Shown one piece after another: positions 18,717 through 27,086 of a stretch of DNA of 43,169 nt (within the stretch, counting starts at the first letter, position 1; each line of letters starts with the position of its first letter). The translations under genes and the position numbers were made by a program. Source of the stretch: Ralstonia phage Claudette; the sequence record MT740731.2. One strand, 5' to 3'. The notes beneath the pieces are model-generated. The model saw only the letters and a list, made by a program, of their open reading frames with translations. It had not been told where the DNA came from and searched no databases.

Positions 18717-18940
18717 CAGTGGACCCCCTTGTCGATCAGTGTGATGCGGTTGGTGTAGATGGCCTCGTGCGACAGCGGCTTGACGTCGACGCGCGAATCG
18801 GCCGGCATGTGCTCGGCCACCAGCTCGCGGATGCGCTCGACGTACTCAGGGTGGACGCGCACCTCGATGCTGCCCGTACCGGTATTGCGGATCACGGCCC
18901 GGCTGGTGACGCTGGCGGTCAGTGTGTAGATGTCGCTCAT
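18716..18940 (-). CDS. Hypothetical protein
   Basis: Start MSDIYTLTASVTSRAVIRNTG; operon-coupled. Confidence 0.5.
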   Translation of the reverse strand: MSDIYTLTASVTSRAVIRNTGTGSIEVRVHPEYVERIRELVAEHMPADSRVDVKPLSHEAIYTNRITLIDKGVH

Positions 18941-18942
18941 GA

Positions 18943-19140
18943 TCAGTGCACGCTCCTCTCGATCCATTCGAGCACAGCGGTCATCGCGCCGTTGCTGTAC
19001 GCCGTGGCCGCCGGCCCTGTGCCGGCGGCGATGCGCCCCATGATCTCCTGGCGTAGCTGCTCGGGTTTGACGCGGCGACCTAGCGCGGCGTATGCGTCGT
19101 TGTAGCCCCGGATGTATTCGTCTTGCTGTTGGGCGGTCAT
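18943..19140 (-). CDS. Hypothetical protein
   Basis: 65 aa MTAQQQDEYIRGYNDAYAALGRRVKPEQL...; operon-coupled. Confidence 0.5.
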   Translation of the reverse strand: MTAQQQDEYIRGYNDAYAALGRRVKPEQLRQEIMGRIAAGTGPAATAYSNGAMTAVLEWIERSVH

Positions 19141-20495
19141 GGCTGCTCGCCTTCCTGCGCTGCCGGTGTGGGCGCGGCGGCGAGCATGGCTTTGTATCGC
19201 GCTGTCATGGCCAGATCAGTGATGTTGTCCATGAACTTGATCTGTTCCAGCATTTTCGGCGTCGGCTCGATGGGCACCGCTACCCACCCCTCCGCCACAC
19301 CCGCCCCCGTCTCACCCTGCTGGCCTGACTGGGCGGCGAACAGCCAGCGGACTTCGTGTTGCTGGCCGTGAAATACTGGCACTCGCTCGCAATCACGTGC
19401 GATGTCTTCCGAACACTCTTCCCAATCCGTCCAGCCTTCACCTTCAGGTCGCCGCGTCGGACGCATACGACGCTGCACCATTACGTATTCCGGTGCCACG
19501 CCAGCCCGCTGGCCGGACTGGGCTGCGACGCGCAATTTACGCTCTGCGATAGCAGCATCTTTCCAAGTCACACAGCCATCAGGGCCTTGCGCTTCCGCGC
19601 GCAATCGGTGGATTTCGGCCCACAGCAAAATTGGATTGGTCTCATCCGCCCCCGGCCCGGCTTGCTTCATCGCTGCGAGTGCCTTGCTGTCGTCCATCGT
19701 CAGTCCGCAGCTTGAGCAGGCGATTTCGGCAGAAGCGCTAGGCTCGGCCTGCTGCTGGGCGACTTTGCCAAATACGTCCTTGGCTTCCTTCACCAACTTC
19801 AAAACACGTTCTCGCATCCAATAGGCGTCGTGGTCGTAGCTAGGGTCTCCGCGGTACCGACAATCGACAGCAGAAATCTCAGTTTCGAGCCATGTAAAAA
19901 CGTCATCGTCGGCTACGCTCGCCTCGCCCACAGTCGCGGCACGTCCACACACAGCGCAAGGATTGTTTTCAGCGGACGGCGAACCCTCACACGCGGCGCA
20001 GACAGTCGCGGCGCTGGCTCGGGTGAGAAGTTTCTTCACGGCTTCCCGGCAATCATTCACTGCGCGGGCATACGCCACGTCATCGGGCTCGCCCGTTGGG
20101 TCTCCCAGCGCTTCACCATTCAACGCTTCCAATGCTGCGTTCAACCCATCCGTGAAGCTCAGCCCCGGCGCCGATGCTTCGGGGCTGTGCGCGTCAAAGA
20201 TCGCTTGCAGGTGTTCTGCTGTTCCGGGGAGCCCTTCATCTTTGGCCCATTCGATGGCTTCGTACAGGGCGTCTAGTTCTTCTTTGTCGAAGAAGACGCG
20301 GAGACCTGTCGATGCTTCGGGGTGGGTGAACACGGCTACATCGTGCGGCTCATCTTTGGTCGGGAATACTCGGGCCACGCACCCATTTTTAAGCTGGTCT
20401 AGTTCCCATTGCTCAATGAACCCAACGGGCCGCGCAGGCGGTACATCGAAGGGGAACGGGCCGACGAGCGTTTCAGGACCAGTATGCTCGATCAT
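19137..20495 (-). CDS. Hypothetical phage protein with CxxC motifs
   Basis: 452 aa; CAACEGSPSAENNPCAVCGRA; C-term VPIEPTPKMLEQIKFMDNITDLAMTARYKAMLAAAPTPA typical of phage early hypothetical proteins. Confidence 0.6.
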   Translation of the reverse strand: MIEHTGPETLVGPFPFDVPPARPVGFIEQWELDQLKNGCVARVFPTKDEPHDVAVFTHPEASTGLRVFFDKEELDALYEAIEWAKDEGLPGTAEHLQAIFDAHSPEASAPGLSFTDGLNAALEALNGEALGDPTGEPDDVAYARAVNDCREAVKKLLTRASAATVCAACEGSPSAENNPCAVCGRAATVGEASVADDDVFTWLETEISAVDCRYRGDPSYDHDAYWMRERVLKLVKEAKDVFGKVAQQQAEPSASAEIACSSCGLTMDDSKALAAMKQAGPGADETNPILLWAEIHRLRAEAQGPDGCVTWKDAAIAERKLRVAAQSGQRAGVAPEYVMVQRRMRPTRRPEGEGWTDWEECSEDIARDCERVPVFHGQQHEVRWLFAAQSGQQGETGAGVAEGWVAVPIEPTPKMLEQIKFMDNITDLAMTARYKAMLAAAPTPAAQEGEQP

Positions 20496-21202
20496 TTCGG
20501 CTCTCCTCGTTCAAGCACGGCATTCACGATGGTGATTGCGCTCTCTGCGAAACGATGCTCGGCCGGCGAGCTGTGCCTGAACCAGTTCGCCATGAAGCGC
20601 ATTTGGTCGCGTGCGATGGCCAGGGCGTGGCGCAGTTCTTTGACTTCTGCCTTCGCCTCATCCAGGCGGGTCATCGCCTCTGTGATCCGCATCTCCAGCA
20701 TTTCGGCCGTATCGAGGCGCGGCTTTCGGATCACGTTGTCAGCGCGGCAAGGCTCTGCGGAGGGATGGGCATAGAGCGGCGTCCAGGCTCCAGACGCTCG
20801 GCGAGCGCCGGCCATACGGATGTCGGTATCCATGATCGGGCCGTCGAAGGTGCCATCGCTGCAATAGCGCACCCAAGCCACCGGCGCGCGGTAGACGCCA
20901 GCATTGATCCGCGCATGCCCATCGTGATCGCCGCCGGCAATCGATGCCAGTCCCTCGTCCTTTCGGCGCCTCGCCATACTCACGATCTGGTCGAGGCTTC
21001 CGCCAGCGACGTAGCGCGTATGGTGCGGCGGCAGGCTGTGCATGAACCCGACCGCGCCGGGCTCACGGGCCAGCTCATCGATCGCGGCGTTGATGGCTCG
21101 CTTGGCGCTGCTCTCATCCGCAATGGCCGCCAGCTCGTCATACGTCGGCATCCCGCGCTCGCCGTTGCGGTACTGCTCAAGAATTTGTTTCAGCACTTGC
21201 AT
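20492..21202 (-). CDS. Hypothetical phage protein
   Basis: 236 aa, operon-coupled. Confidence 0.55.
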   Translation of the reverse strand: MQVLKQILEQYRNGERGMPTYDELAAIADESSAKRAINAAIDELAREPGAVGFMHSLPPHHTRYVAGGSLDQIVSMARRRKDEGLASIAGGDHDGHARINAGVYRAPVAWVRYCSDGTFDGPIMDTDIRMAGARRASGAWTPLYAHPSAEPCRADNVIRKPRLDTAEMLEMRITEAMTRLDEAKAEVKELRHALAIARDQMRFMANWFRHSSPAEHRFAESAITIVNAVLERGEPK

Positions 21203-21413
21203 TCTCCAGCGCGGTCAGGGTCGTCTCGGTCGAGTTGCCCATGCCCGCAAGGTGGTTGTAGGCGCCGCACAGCAGTGCGACGACGTGTGGAACGCGGCGC
21301 ACGCCGCGCTCGTACTGGCTGACCGTCACGGCCTGGAGGCCCAGGCACTCCGCTGCACGTGCCTGGGTCAGTCCATGCTGGCGGCGCCATTCGCGCAGGC
21401 CGAATCCTGTCAT
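21177..21413 (-). CDS. HTH XRE-type DNA-binding protein
   Basis: GLREWRRQHGLTQARAAECLGLQAVTVSQYERGVRRVPHVVALL. Confidence 0.8.
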   Translation of the reverse strand: MTGFGLREWRRQHGLTQARAAECLGLQAVTVSQYERGVRRVPHVVALLCGAYNHLAGMGNSTETTLTALENASAETNS

Positions 21414-21760
21414 TCCTCGATCTCGATGGGGAAGGCGCCGATGTAGTCGGAGGACAGGCGATCGTATGTGGCCTCATCCTCGCTGCTGTGCGTCTCGTGG
21501 GACGCGACGATGCGACCGTCGTCTTCGCGGTACAGGTTCACGAACACCGTGCGTTTGACCGGCGCCATGGTGAGCTGGATGGTGTTCTGCAACACCCCAT
21601 CGATGCTGACCGACGTGAGCCAATCATCGCCCTCGATGTGCGCGACAATCGGATACATGACGGGCACGCTGGCGATGAAGGCGACGAACGTGACCTTGCG
21701 GCCGGACGGCGTGAGCGCCGTGGCGCCTGCCTGGAATTGGTTGGAGTCGAACGGTTTCAT
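21410..21760 (-). CDS. Hypothetical protein
   Basis: 116 aa, start/stop coupled on both sides. Confidence 0.5.
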   Translation of the reverse strand: MKPFDSNQFQAGATALTPSGRKVTFVAFIASVPVMYPIVAHIEGDDWLTSVSIDGVLQNTIQLTMAPVKRTVFVNLYREDDGRIVASHETHSSEDEATYDRLSSDYIGAFPIEIEE

Positions 21761-21855
21761 AGCGTGAAGTAGATGTAGATGGCGGTGCCGATGGCGATGC
21801 CGAAGGAGACGATTGCGCCAACGTCGAGCGCGAGTGAAACGCTGTCGTTCTGCAT
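21757..21855 (-). CDS. Small single-pass membrane protein (MQNDSVSLALDVGAIVSFGIAIGTAIYIYFTL)
   Basis: 32 codons, hydrophobic helix, start/stop coupled. Confidence 0.45.
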   Translation of the reverse strand: MQNDSVSLALDVGAIVSFGIAIGTAIYIYFTL

Positions 21856-21896
21856 CTCCCCGCGCTTGGCGGCGCGCAGCAGGTCGCTCGCGCGGC

Positions 21897-22115
21897 TCAC
21901 TTGCAGGCGCGCTTGTGGCGCTTCGCGTTGCGGGCCTTGCGGGCGGCGCGCTTGTCGCGGGCCACGCTGCCGCCGTTGCGCTTGGTCGTGCCGATCAGGT
22001 CGGCGGACGGCGCGCTGGGGTGGTAGCTCGGGAAGATTTTGACGCCTTTGACGGCGCCGATCATGCCGGCGGCCATCGCGGCTGCCAGTCCCCACGACCG
22101 GGAAACGATGCTCAT
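21897..22115 (-). CDS. Hypothetical basic-tail protein
   Basis: 72 aa MSIVSRSWGLAAAMAAGMIGAVKGVK... Confidence 0.5.
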   Translation of the reverse strand: MSIVSRSWGLAAAMAAGMIGAVKGVKIFPSYHPSAPSADLIGTTKRNGGSVARDKRAARKARNAKRHKRACK

Positions 22116-22174
22116 GTGATCTCCTGAAGGTGCTGCGGTTGGAAAAGCCCGCGCGCGGCGGGCGTGTGTTGATG

Positions 22175-22591
22175 TCAGGAATTCTTGATGCCGGGCCGCT
22201 CGCAGTTATCCAGCGCCCACTTGACCCAGTATTCGAGCCAGTTGAGGCGGCCGATCTGCTCCTCCTGGATGTCCTTTGGCTGGCGCTGAAGCGCAGTGCG
22301 CGCAGTGGCGATCTTGGTCAGGTGCTCGGGCATCAGCTCAAACACGCCGGGGTGCTGGCGGATAAGGCCCGTGTCGTCGTCGTAGAACATGGAGTGCAGG
22401 CCGGTCGCCAGACAGAACTCGCTCCAGGCGGTGTAGCTCGGCCAGCGCTGGTTGGTGCCGTCTGTCGGGCTACCGTCTCGCGGCGCGTTCTCGTGGTTGA
22501 CGCATGCGATGCTGAGGGGGACGCTGTAGTGTCCATCATCGCATTCCAGTTTCCCGGCTTCCACGTTGCCGATAGTCAGGTTGTATCCCAT
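22175..22591 (-). CDS. Hypothetical protein
   Basis: 138 aa with D/E-rich pattern, - strand operon. Confidence 0.5.
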   Translation of the reverse strand: MGYNLTIGNVEAGKLECDDGHYSVPLSIACVNHENAPRDGSPTDGTNQRWPSYTAWSEFCLATGLHSMFYDDDTGLIRQHPGVFELMPEHLTKIATARTALQRQPKDIQEEQIGRLNWLEYWVKWALDNCERPGIKNS

Positions 22592-22638
22592 CCTTTCTCC
22601 TTGTGCGCTCGCGCGCGTGGTGAACTGTTAAGCGTTGC

Positions 22639-22947
22639 TTAAAGGTTGCGCTCGATCTGCGCTTTCAGGTCGTTCTCGATCTCGATCCAGCGCTTCATGC
22701 CGACCATCGTGCGCAGGCTGACTTGCGTGCCGGCGAGTGCGATGTCCTCCAGGTCGATGTCGACCCCGTGCTTGAAGTGGTGCACATCGCCGTAGAGATC
22801 GACACGCACGTCGCCCAGGTGGCTCTCGCCGATCTTGGTCAGGCCCGACACGATCTGCGGTTGGTTCGCCAGCGCCTGTTCGATCGCGCCGGCGGCGTTA
22901 GCCTGCTCGGCTTGCCGCTCGATGGCCTGCTCGGTGGTCATGCACAT
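22639..22947 (-). CDS. Hypothetical protein
   Basis: Start MCMTTEQAIERQAEQANAAGAIEQ. Confidence 0.5.
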   Translation of the reverse strand: MCMTTEQAIERQAEQANAAGAIEQALANQPQIVSGLTKIGESHLGDVRVDLYGDVHHFKHGVDIDLEDIALAGTQVSLRTMVGMKRWIEIENDLKAQIERNL

Positions 22948-22972
22948 GTCATCACTCAGTGTCAGTAGTGGG

Positions 22973-23176
22973 TTAGGCGGCATCCAACGGCTTGCGAATC
23001 TCGGCGGATTCAAGAACCACGCCACCAGGACCGAAGGAGAAGCGCAGCACACCGCTACGCACGCGCACATCGCTTTCGCTCGTCCCAATCGGGTTCGAGC
23101 GGATCATGTCGGCCACCTCCTTCGCCGACACTTCCCTTCCCACGTGTGCTGCAATTTGTTTCGTGTCCATCGTCAT
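22973..23176 (-). CDS. Hypothetical protein
   Basis: 67 aa MTMDTKQIAAHVGREVSAKEVADMIRSNP. Confidence 0.5.
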   Translation of the reverse strand: MTMDTKQIAAHVGREVSAKEVADMIRSNPIGTSESDVRVRSGVLRFSFGPGGVVLESAEIRKPLDAA

Positions 23177-23312
23177 CCCCTATCAGTACCGGCACCGCTG
23201 CGCCGTGTTCATCGAACGGAAATTCGTTCGTTGACTTAATTGTAGGTGATGCAACGAATGATGTGATTGTATTTCGCTATCGACCCCGATTGACTTTGCC
23301 TATTACGAACGA

Positions 23313-23332
23313 AACCCCGCCGGAGCGGGGTT
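23313..23332. terminator. Perfect 8-bp stem hairpin downstream of terS
   Basis: AACCCCGC-CGGA-GCGGGGTT; - strand 3' side continues TTTCG, weak U tract. Confidence 0.35.
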
Positions 23333-23351
23333 CATGCGGTCTTCATCAGGA

Positions 23352-23990
23352 TCAATCTTCCGGCTGGCCCTCGCCATGCGGCGTGAACGCCGTGCCGCTC
23401 ACCTGCTTCAGCAGCATGGTCAGCGGGTTCTCGGCATCGCCCTGGAGCTTCATCTTGTCCTGGTTCCAGCCCATGACGCGCGCGATGCTGTCGAGCGCCG
23501 CCCGCTTATCCGTCCACTTCACCTTGCTGGTGTAGCCGACCTGCATGCGGTTCTCGCCGGAGCCGTCGAACTCCTCCATCACCTCGAAGTGCGCGAGCGC
23601 GGCGGCCGTCTCGTCGTCCAGCTCGGGGATGGTCTTCAGCGTGCCATCCTCGCGGAAGAACTTGCGCGGGTCCGAGAACGCCAGCTTGCAATACTCCTCC
23701 AGCAGGCGCTCGCGGGTCAGCTCGAACTTCTTTGCAAGCTTTGCGCGGCGCTCCTCGATGGCGCGAATTACGGAAGCATAACTTAGCAACCGGTTCGCTT
23801 GCACCTGGGCTGCTTTGTTGTCTTTCCCTGGGGAATACCCCGCACGGATTGCGGCCTGGGTCGCGTTCGAATCCTTCAGGTACTCCTCGACGAAACGCTC
23901 CTGGCGCGGCGACAGCGGTGCATCCTTGGCCGCGTCCGACTTGCCGGCCCGGTTGCTTCCCTTCTTCTTCGTTGATGCGCCCTGCGACAT
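23352..23990 (-). CDS. terS: Terminase small subunit
   Basis: LSPRQERFVEEYLKDSNATQAAIRAGYSPGKDNKAAQVQANRLLSYASVIRAIEER. Confidence 0.85.
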   Translation of the reverse strand: MSQGASTKKKGSNRAGKSDAAKDAPLSPRQERFVEEYLKDSNATQAAIRAGYSPGKDNKAAQVQANRLLSYASVIRAIEERRAKLAKKFELTRERLLEEYCKLAFSDPRKFFREDGTLKTIPELDDETAAALAHFEVMEEFDGSGENRMQVGYTSKVKWTDKRAALDSIARVMGWNQDKMKLQGDAENPLTMLLKQVSGTAFTPHGEGQPED

Positions 23991-24224
23991 CTCGTCTCTC
24001 CTGGTCAATGTCGAATCTCAGCGGCTGTTGCCAACCTGCCGATTTTCCACAGCTATTCCCGTGCCTCTCGGCAGCTATGCATTTCGGAATCCCTGCTCTG
24101 CACAAGGGTTTCCGTGACTCCACTACTTTCGTTCGTGCGCAAACGACCCGCATTCCGTTGCGCAGAACTCGGGCACCAGCTATTGGGAACAATAAGCAAC
24201 ATGTGGTGCGAATATCCTGGCCGT

Positions 24225-24236
24225 GGTACGAAAATC
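24225..24236 (+). promoter_or_regulatory. Copy of recurrent GGTACGAAAATC motif upstream of the + strand gene
   Basis: Exact GGTACGAAAATC followed by GTATCACG, 43 nt before the likely ATG at 24279. Confidence 0.45.
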
Positions 24237-24278
24237 GTATCACGTCGGCGAATCACGGCAAACTGGCAGGGCAAGAAA

Positions 24279-24767
24279 ATGGGCGAGGCGGTTCCTTCAT
24301 CATCATTCTCACGCGACTACACGGCGCTCACCGACTTCATGATGCACCTCGTGGTGCGGCGCCTGGAGAATGGAGTGGATCGCATAGAGGCCATGGAGTT
24401 CGTGCAGCGCCCCGCGTCGTTCCCTGCGCACAGCCGGCCGCTCGACATGGACAATCCGCGCAAGCGCGACCTCGTGTCCATCGGACTGGATGCGATCGGG
24501 GTGATCGTGCCGCCGGACGCGATCATGATGGGGTGCGTCTACGATGATGGCGACACCACACACATCATGGCCTGGAGATGCTGGCGCGACGCCAAGCACG
24601 CGTGCCCCGTGCCAAGACTGATCTCCGACGTGATGGAGAACCCGAGGAGCCGGCGCGTGGTCTATGCCCTGATCGTCGCTGTCGCCTTCCTCGTGCCCAG
24701 CCCGTGGGAGATGTACCGGGTCTTCTCGGAAGTCTTCTTGTCCCAGCAGACGGCGCAGTCCGAATAG
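24279..24767 (+). CDS. Orphan + strand hypothetical protein with C-terminal hydrophobic segment
   Basis: Start MGEAVPSSSFSRDYTALTDFMM; C-term VVYALIVAVAFLVPSPWEMYRVF; flanked by - strand genes. Confidence 0.6.
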   Translation: MGEAVPSSSFSRDYTALTDFMMHLVVRRLENGVDRIEAMEFVQRPASFPAHSRPLDMDNPRKRDLVSIGLDAIGVIVPPDAIMMGCVYDDGDTTHIMAWRCWRDAKHACPVPRLISDVMENPRSRRVVYALIVAVAFLVPSPWEMYRVFSEVFLSQQTAQSE

Positions 24768-24885
24768 GAGCCTGATCTCCTCTGTTCGATTCCATTCAGG
24801 CGCTGGAACTCATCACCGTGTGAGTGGGGTACGTTCTCGGGTTATCGACGAGGCGTTGAGGGGCCGGCGCTGATCCCCGGCGTTT

Positions 24886-25229
24886 CCAGTTTCGGACGGC
24901 AGTGCCGTACTGGAAGGATTGCATAACCGCGCGTCAGCCCGCGCATTCCCTCACGGCTGGCAGCTGCCTATGGCGGATTTCAGGTCCGCCACCCGCATGG
25001 GTGTTTTTCAGCAGTCGCCATGCGTGAGGTGGCTCCTTACGGGAGCCAATCGCCGGAGTATGGTCCGGTTGCTGATTTGCCACCATTACGTGCTGACGGG
25101 ATCAACTTTCCCAGGGTGTTTCCGCCACTACCCCTAACGTGGTGCAGACATTCACGGGCTTTGATTCCCCCTACGGTATGCCAGCGCTGCCCGGAATTCT
25201 GAGTGTCTGGTGCCCGTGCTATTCCGGGC
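24886..25229 (+). ncRNA. Candidate structured non-coding region
   Basis: Consecutive perfect stems: CCAGT/ACTGG, GCGCG/CGCGC, GGCGGA/TCCGCC, CACCC/GGGTG, TCAGCA/TGCTGA enclosing GGCTCC/GGAGCC and CCGGA/TCCGG, GCCCG/CGGGC; no convincing CDS. Confidence 0.35.
24990..25008 (+). terminator. Intrinsic terminator-like element
   Basis: CACCC-GCAT-GGGTG-TTTTT. Confidence 0.45.
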
Positions 25230-25347
25230 TGTCAGCGCCTAGTTGGCCGGCTGCTCGCACGTTACCCACGGTATCAGAGCCTGTGTGGGCGCGGCTCGAA
25301 AGAGATTCCATTGTAGGCGCGAAACCCTTTCGCCACAAGGATTTCAG

Positions 25348-25827
25348 CTACGTTGTTGCGCCGACGCCGCGCTCCGCCCACCAGTCCTTCAGCAGCGTCT
25401 CGAACGGCTCGAAGTAGTCGCCCATCTCCATGCGATGGAGCTGGTACACCTGCCCCTCGGTCATCTCGAACGGCGCCACGGCGAACTGCGCGAGGGCGTC
25501 CATGCGCTTCACATACGCGATCCGGTTCTGGATCACGTTCCAGCGCAGCTTGGGCTTCGCCGGCTCGACCGCTGCATCGTCTCCGGCGGCCACGTCATCC
25601 TCCCACGCCGCGCGCGCGGACAGGTGCGCATCGATCGCCCGCTTATCGAAGAACTCGGCCGCGCGGCTCAGATCGTCCATCATCAGCCCGATCTTGGTGA
25701 GCGCCTGTCGGTAGATGCGCGCGGCGCGCTCGTGGTCGACCATGATGACGATCGTGAACTCCTTGGTGGCCTTGTTCATGGCCTTGGCCTCGGCCACACC
25801 GAGGGCCTGGTTCTGTGCGGTCGTCAT
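25348..25827 (-). CDS. Hypothetical phage early protein
   Basis: Start MTTAQNQALGVAEAKAMNKATKEFTIVIMVDHERAARIYRQ. Confidence 0.6.
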   Translation of the reverse strand: MTTAQNQALGVAEAKAMNKATKEFTIVIMVDHERAARIYRQALTKIGLMMDDLSRAAEFFDKRAIDAHLSARAAWEDDVAAGDDAAVEPAKPKLRWNVIQNRIAYVKRMDALAQFAVAPFEMTEGQVYQLHRMEMGDYFEPFETLLKDWWAERGVGATT

Positions 25828-25982
25828 GCTGCCGGCTCCCATTCCAAAAGGGGTTTGGTGATGCCGATGGGGACGTCGCTGACGTAGCGCCCGCCCTTGC
25901 GCGGCGCGCTGCTGAAGCGCGGGCGCATCTTCGCGCCAACCTTTCCGGCGTACACGACGCCTTTGTTGCGGATCACTGCCAT
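25824..25982 (-). CDS. Small hypothetical protein
   Basis: MAVIRNKGVVYAGKVGAKMRPRFSSAPRKGG...; coupled to next gene. Confidence 0.5.
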   Translation of the reverse strand: MAVIRNKGVVYAGKVGAKMRPRFSSAPRKGGRYVSDVPIGITKPLLEWEPAA

Positions 25983-26007
25983 GGTGAATCTCCTGGGTTG
26001 GTGCGCG

Positions 26008-26349
26008 TCAGCGCGCGGAAACGATCGTGACGGGCTTCCTGCCGATCTTCCCGTCCATGCGCGGCACGACAGCCCCACGGCCGCCACACCGCACAAACTG
26101 CCGGTCTGCCCCGTAATACGTGTAGATCACGGTGCAGCCGTCCTTGCCTGTCACGTTTTGCGGGGCCTCGTCGCACCCGCTCAGCACCAGCGCGATCAGC
26201 ACCGCCGAGACGGCCACAGCCGCGTAGCAAATCACCGATCCGATGCCGCGCCGGCGCGTCGTGCTCAGGGTCGAGTAGCAGCCGAACTTGCTGGTTTGCA
26301 GCGAGCGCGGCGTCGCGCGATAACAGGACGAATCTCGATTGAAAGTCAT
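26008..26349 (-). CDS. Lipoprotein-like small protein
   Basis: YAAVAVSAVLIALVLSGCDEAP lipobox-like LSGC after a hydrophobic stretch. Confidence 0.55.
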   Translation of the reverse strand: MTFNRDSSCYRATPRSLQTSKFGCYSTLSTTRRRGIGSVICYAAVAVSAVLIALVLSGCDEAPQNVTGKDGCTVIYTYYGADRQFVRCGGRGAVVPRMDGKIGRKPVTIVSAR

Positions 26350-26600
26350 GCCGCACCTCCGACTTTCGATGCAGGCGCGACGCTGCCGTCATGGAGTTCG
26401 ATGGACCGCCACCGGCCGAGGTACAAGATCAGCGCAGGCTTGCGCGTGCGGATAGCGCGTGCGGCGGCCCGGCGGACGGCCCTGGGCACGCTGCCCAAGA
26501 CAAGTTCCCCCAGCTGGCGTTCCGTGGCGTGTATGCGGACAGGGTTGCGCACAGAGCCAAGCGGATGTGCGGCATTGATGATTGCCGGCGCGGTGTTCAT
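26346..26600 (-). CDS. Hypothetical protein
   Basis: Start MNTAPAIINAAHPLGSVRNPV; start/stop coupled. Confidence 0.45.
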   Translation of the reverse strand: MNTAPAIINAAHPLGSVRNPVRIHATERQLGELVLGSVPRAVRRAAARAIRTRKPALILYLGRWRSIELHDGSVAPASKVGGAA

Positions 26601-27004
26601 GCTGCCTCCCGTGCGCGCAGTTGCTCGTCGGCCCAGGCGGCCGGCCACTGGATGTACCACTGCTTGCTGTACTCGCGGTCCCAGGCTCTGACGGTTCTGT
26701 CGTAGTTTCGGCGTGCCTCGGCGAACGCATGCAGCTCGGCACTGCATCCCTCTGGGTCGTGGTCAAGGCGCTCGTCGTGCCAATCGCTCTGGTCAGCTTC
26801 CGACAGGCTGGAGCTGGTCGGAAGCTGCGGGCGCGGCGTTGGCATCTTCGGCTCGAACCATGCTTGCGGCTCGGCCGGCGCGTGCGCGATGAAGTAATCG
26901 CGGAGGGACATGCCGTATGTAGCGTACCCGGATAGTGTGCCGTCGCTGAAGTGCTCAGCCGGCGACGGAAACGCCGGGCCGCCGTTGTTCGTGTGGTCCA
27001 TCAT
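26597..27004 (-). CDS. Hypothetical phage early protein
   Basis: MMDHTNNGGPAFPSPAEHFSDGTLSGYATYGMSLRDYFIAHAP, a pattern common in phage early regions. Confidence 0.7.
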   Translation of the reverse strand: MMDHTNNGGPAFPSPAEHFSDGTLSGYATYGMSLRDYFIAHAPAEPQAWFEPKMPTPRPQLPTSSSLSEADQSDWHDERLDHDPEGCSAELHAFAEARRNYDRTVRAWDREYSKQWYIQWPAAWADEQLRAREAA

Positions 27005-27030
27005 CAGTCCTTGAAAAATTCATCGGTCAT

Positions 27031-27060
27031 AAAATCGTGACGCGTTACGATTTTCGTACC
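27031..27060 (-). promoter_or_regulatory. 24-bp near-perfect palindrome joined to GGTACGAAAATC motif
   Basis: AAAATCGTGACGCGTTACGATTTT (27031-27054) plus GATTTTCGTACC (27049-27060) just upstream of the 26597-27004 start. Confidence 0.6.
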
Positions 27061-27086
27061 ATCTCTGAAAATGCGCAAGGAATATT

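Noticed and set aside
24880-25240. Diversity-generating retroelement template or retron RNA
   Set aside because: No reverse transcriptase ORF (no YxDD-type motif) and no TR/VR pair was noticed in the window.
24880-25240. Second IscB/omegaRNA locus
   Set aside because: Lacks the CAACCxCCCCGG...CTGAAG scaffold start and there is no adjacent RuvC/HNH ORF.
25139-25417. 92-aa + strand ORF as a real protein
   Set aside because: Overlaps hairpin-rich sequence and the antisense 3' end of the 25348-25827 gene; no recognisable domain, so kept as non-coding candidate.
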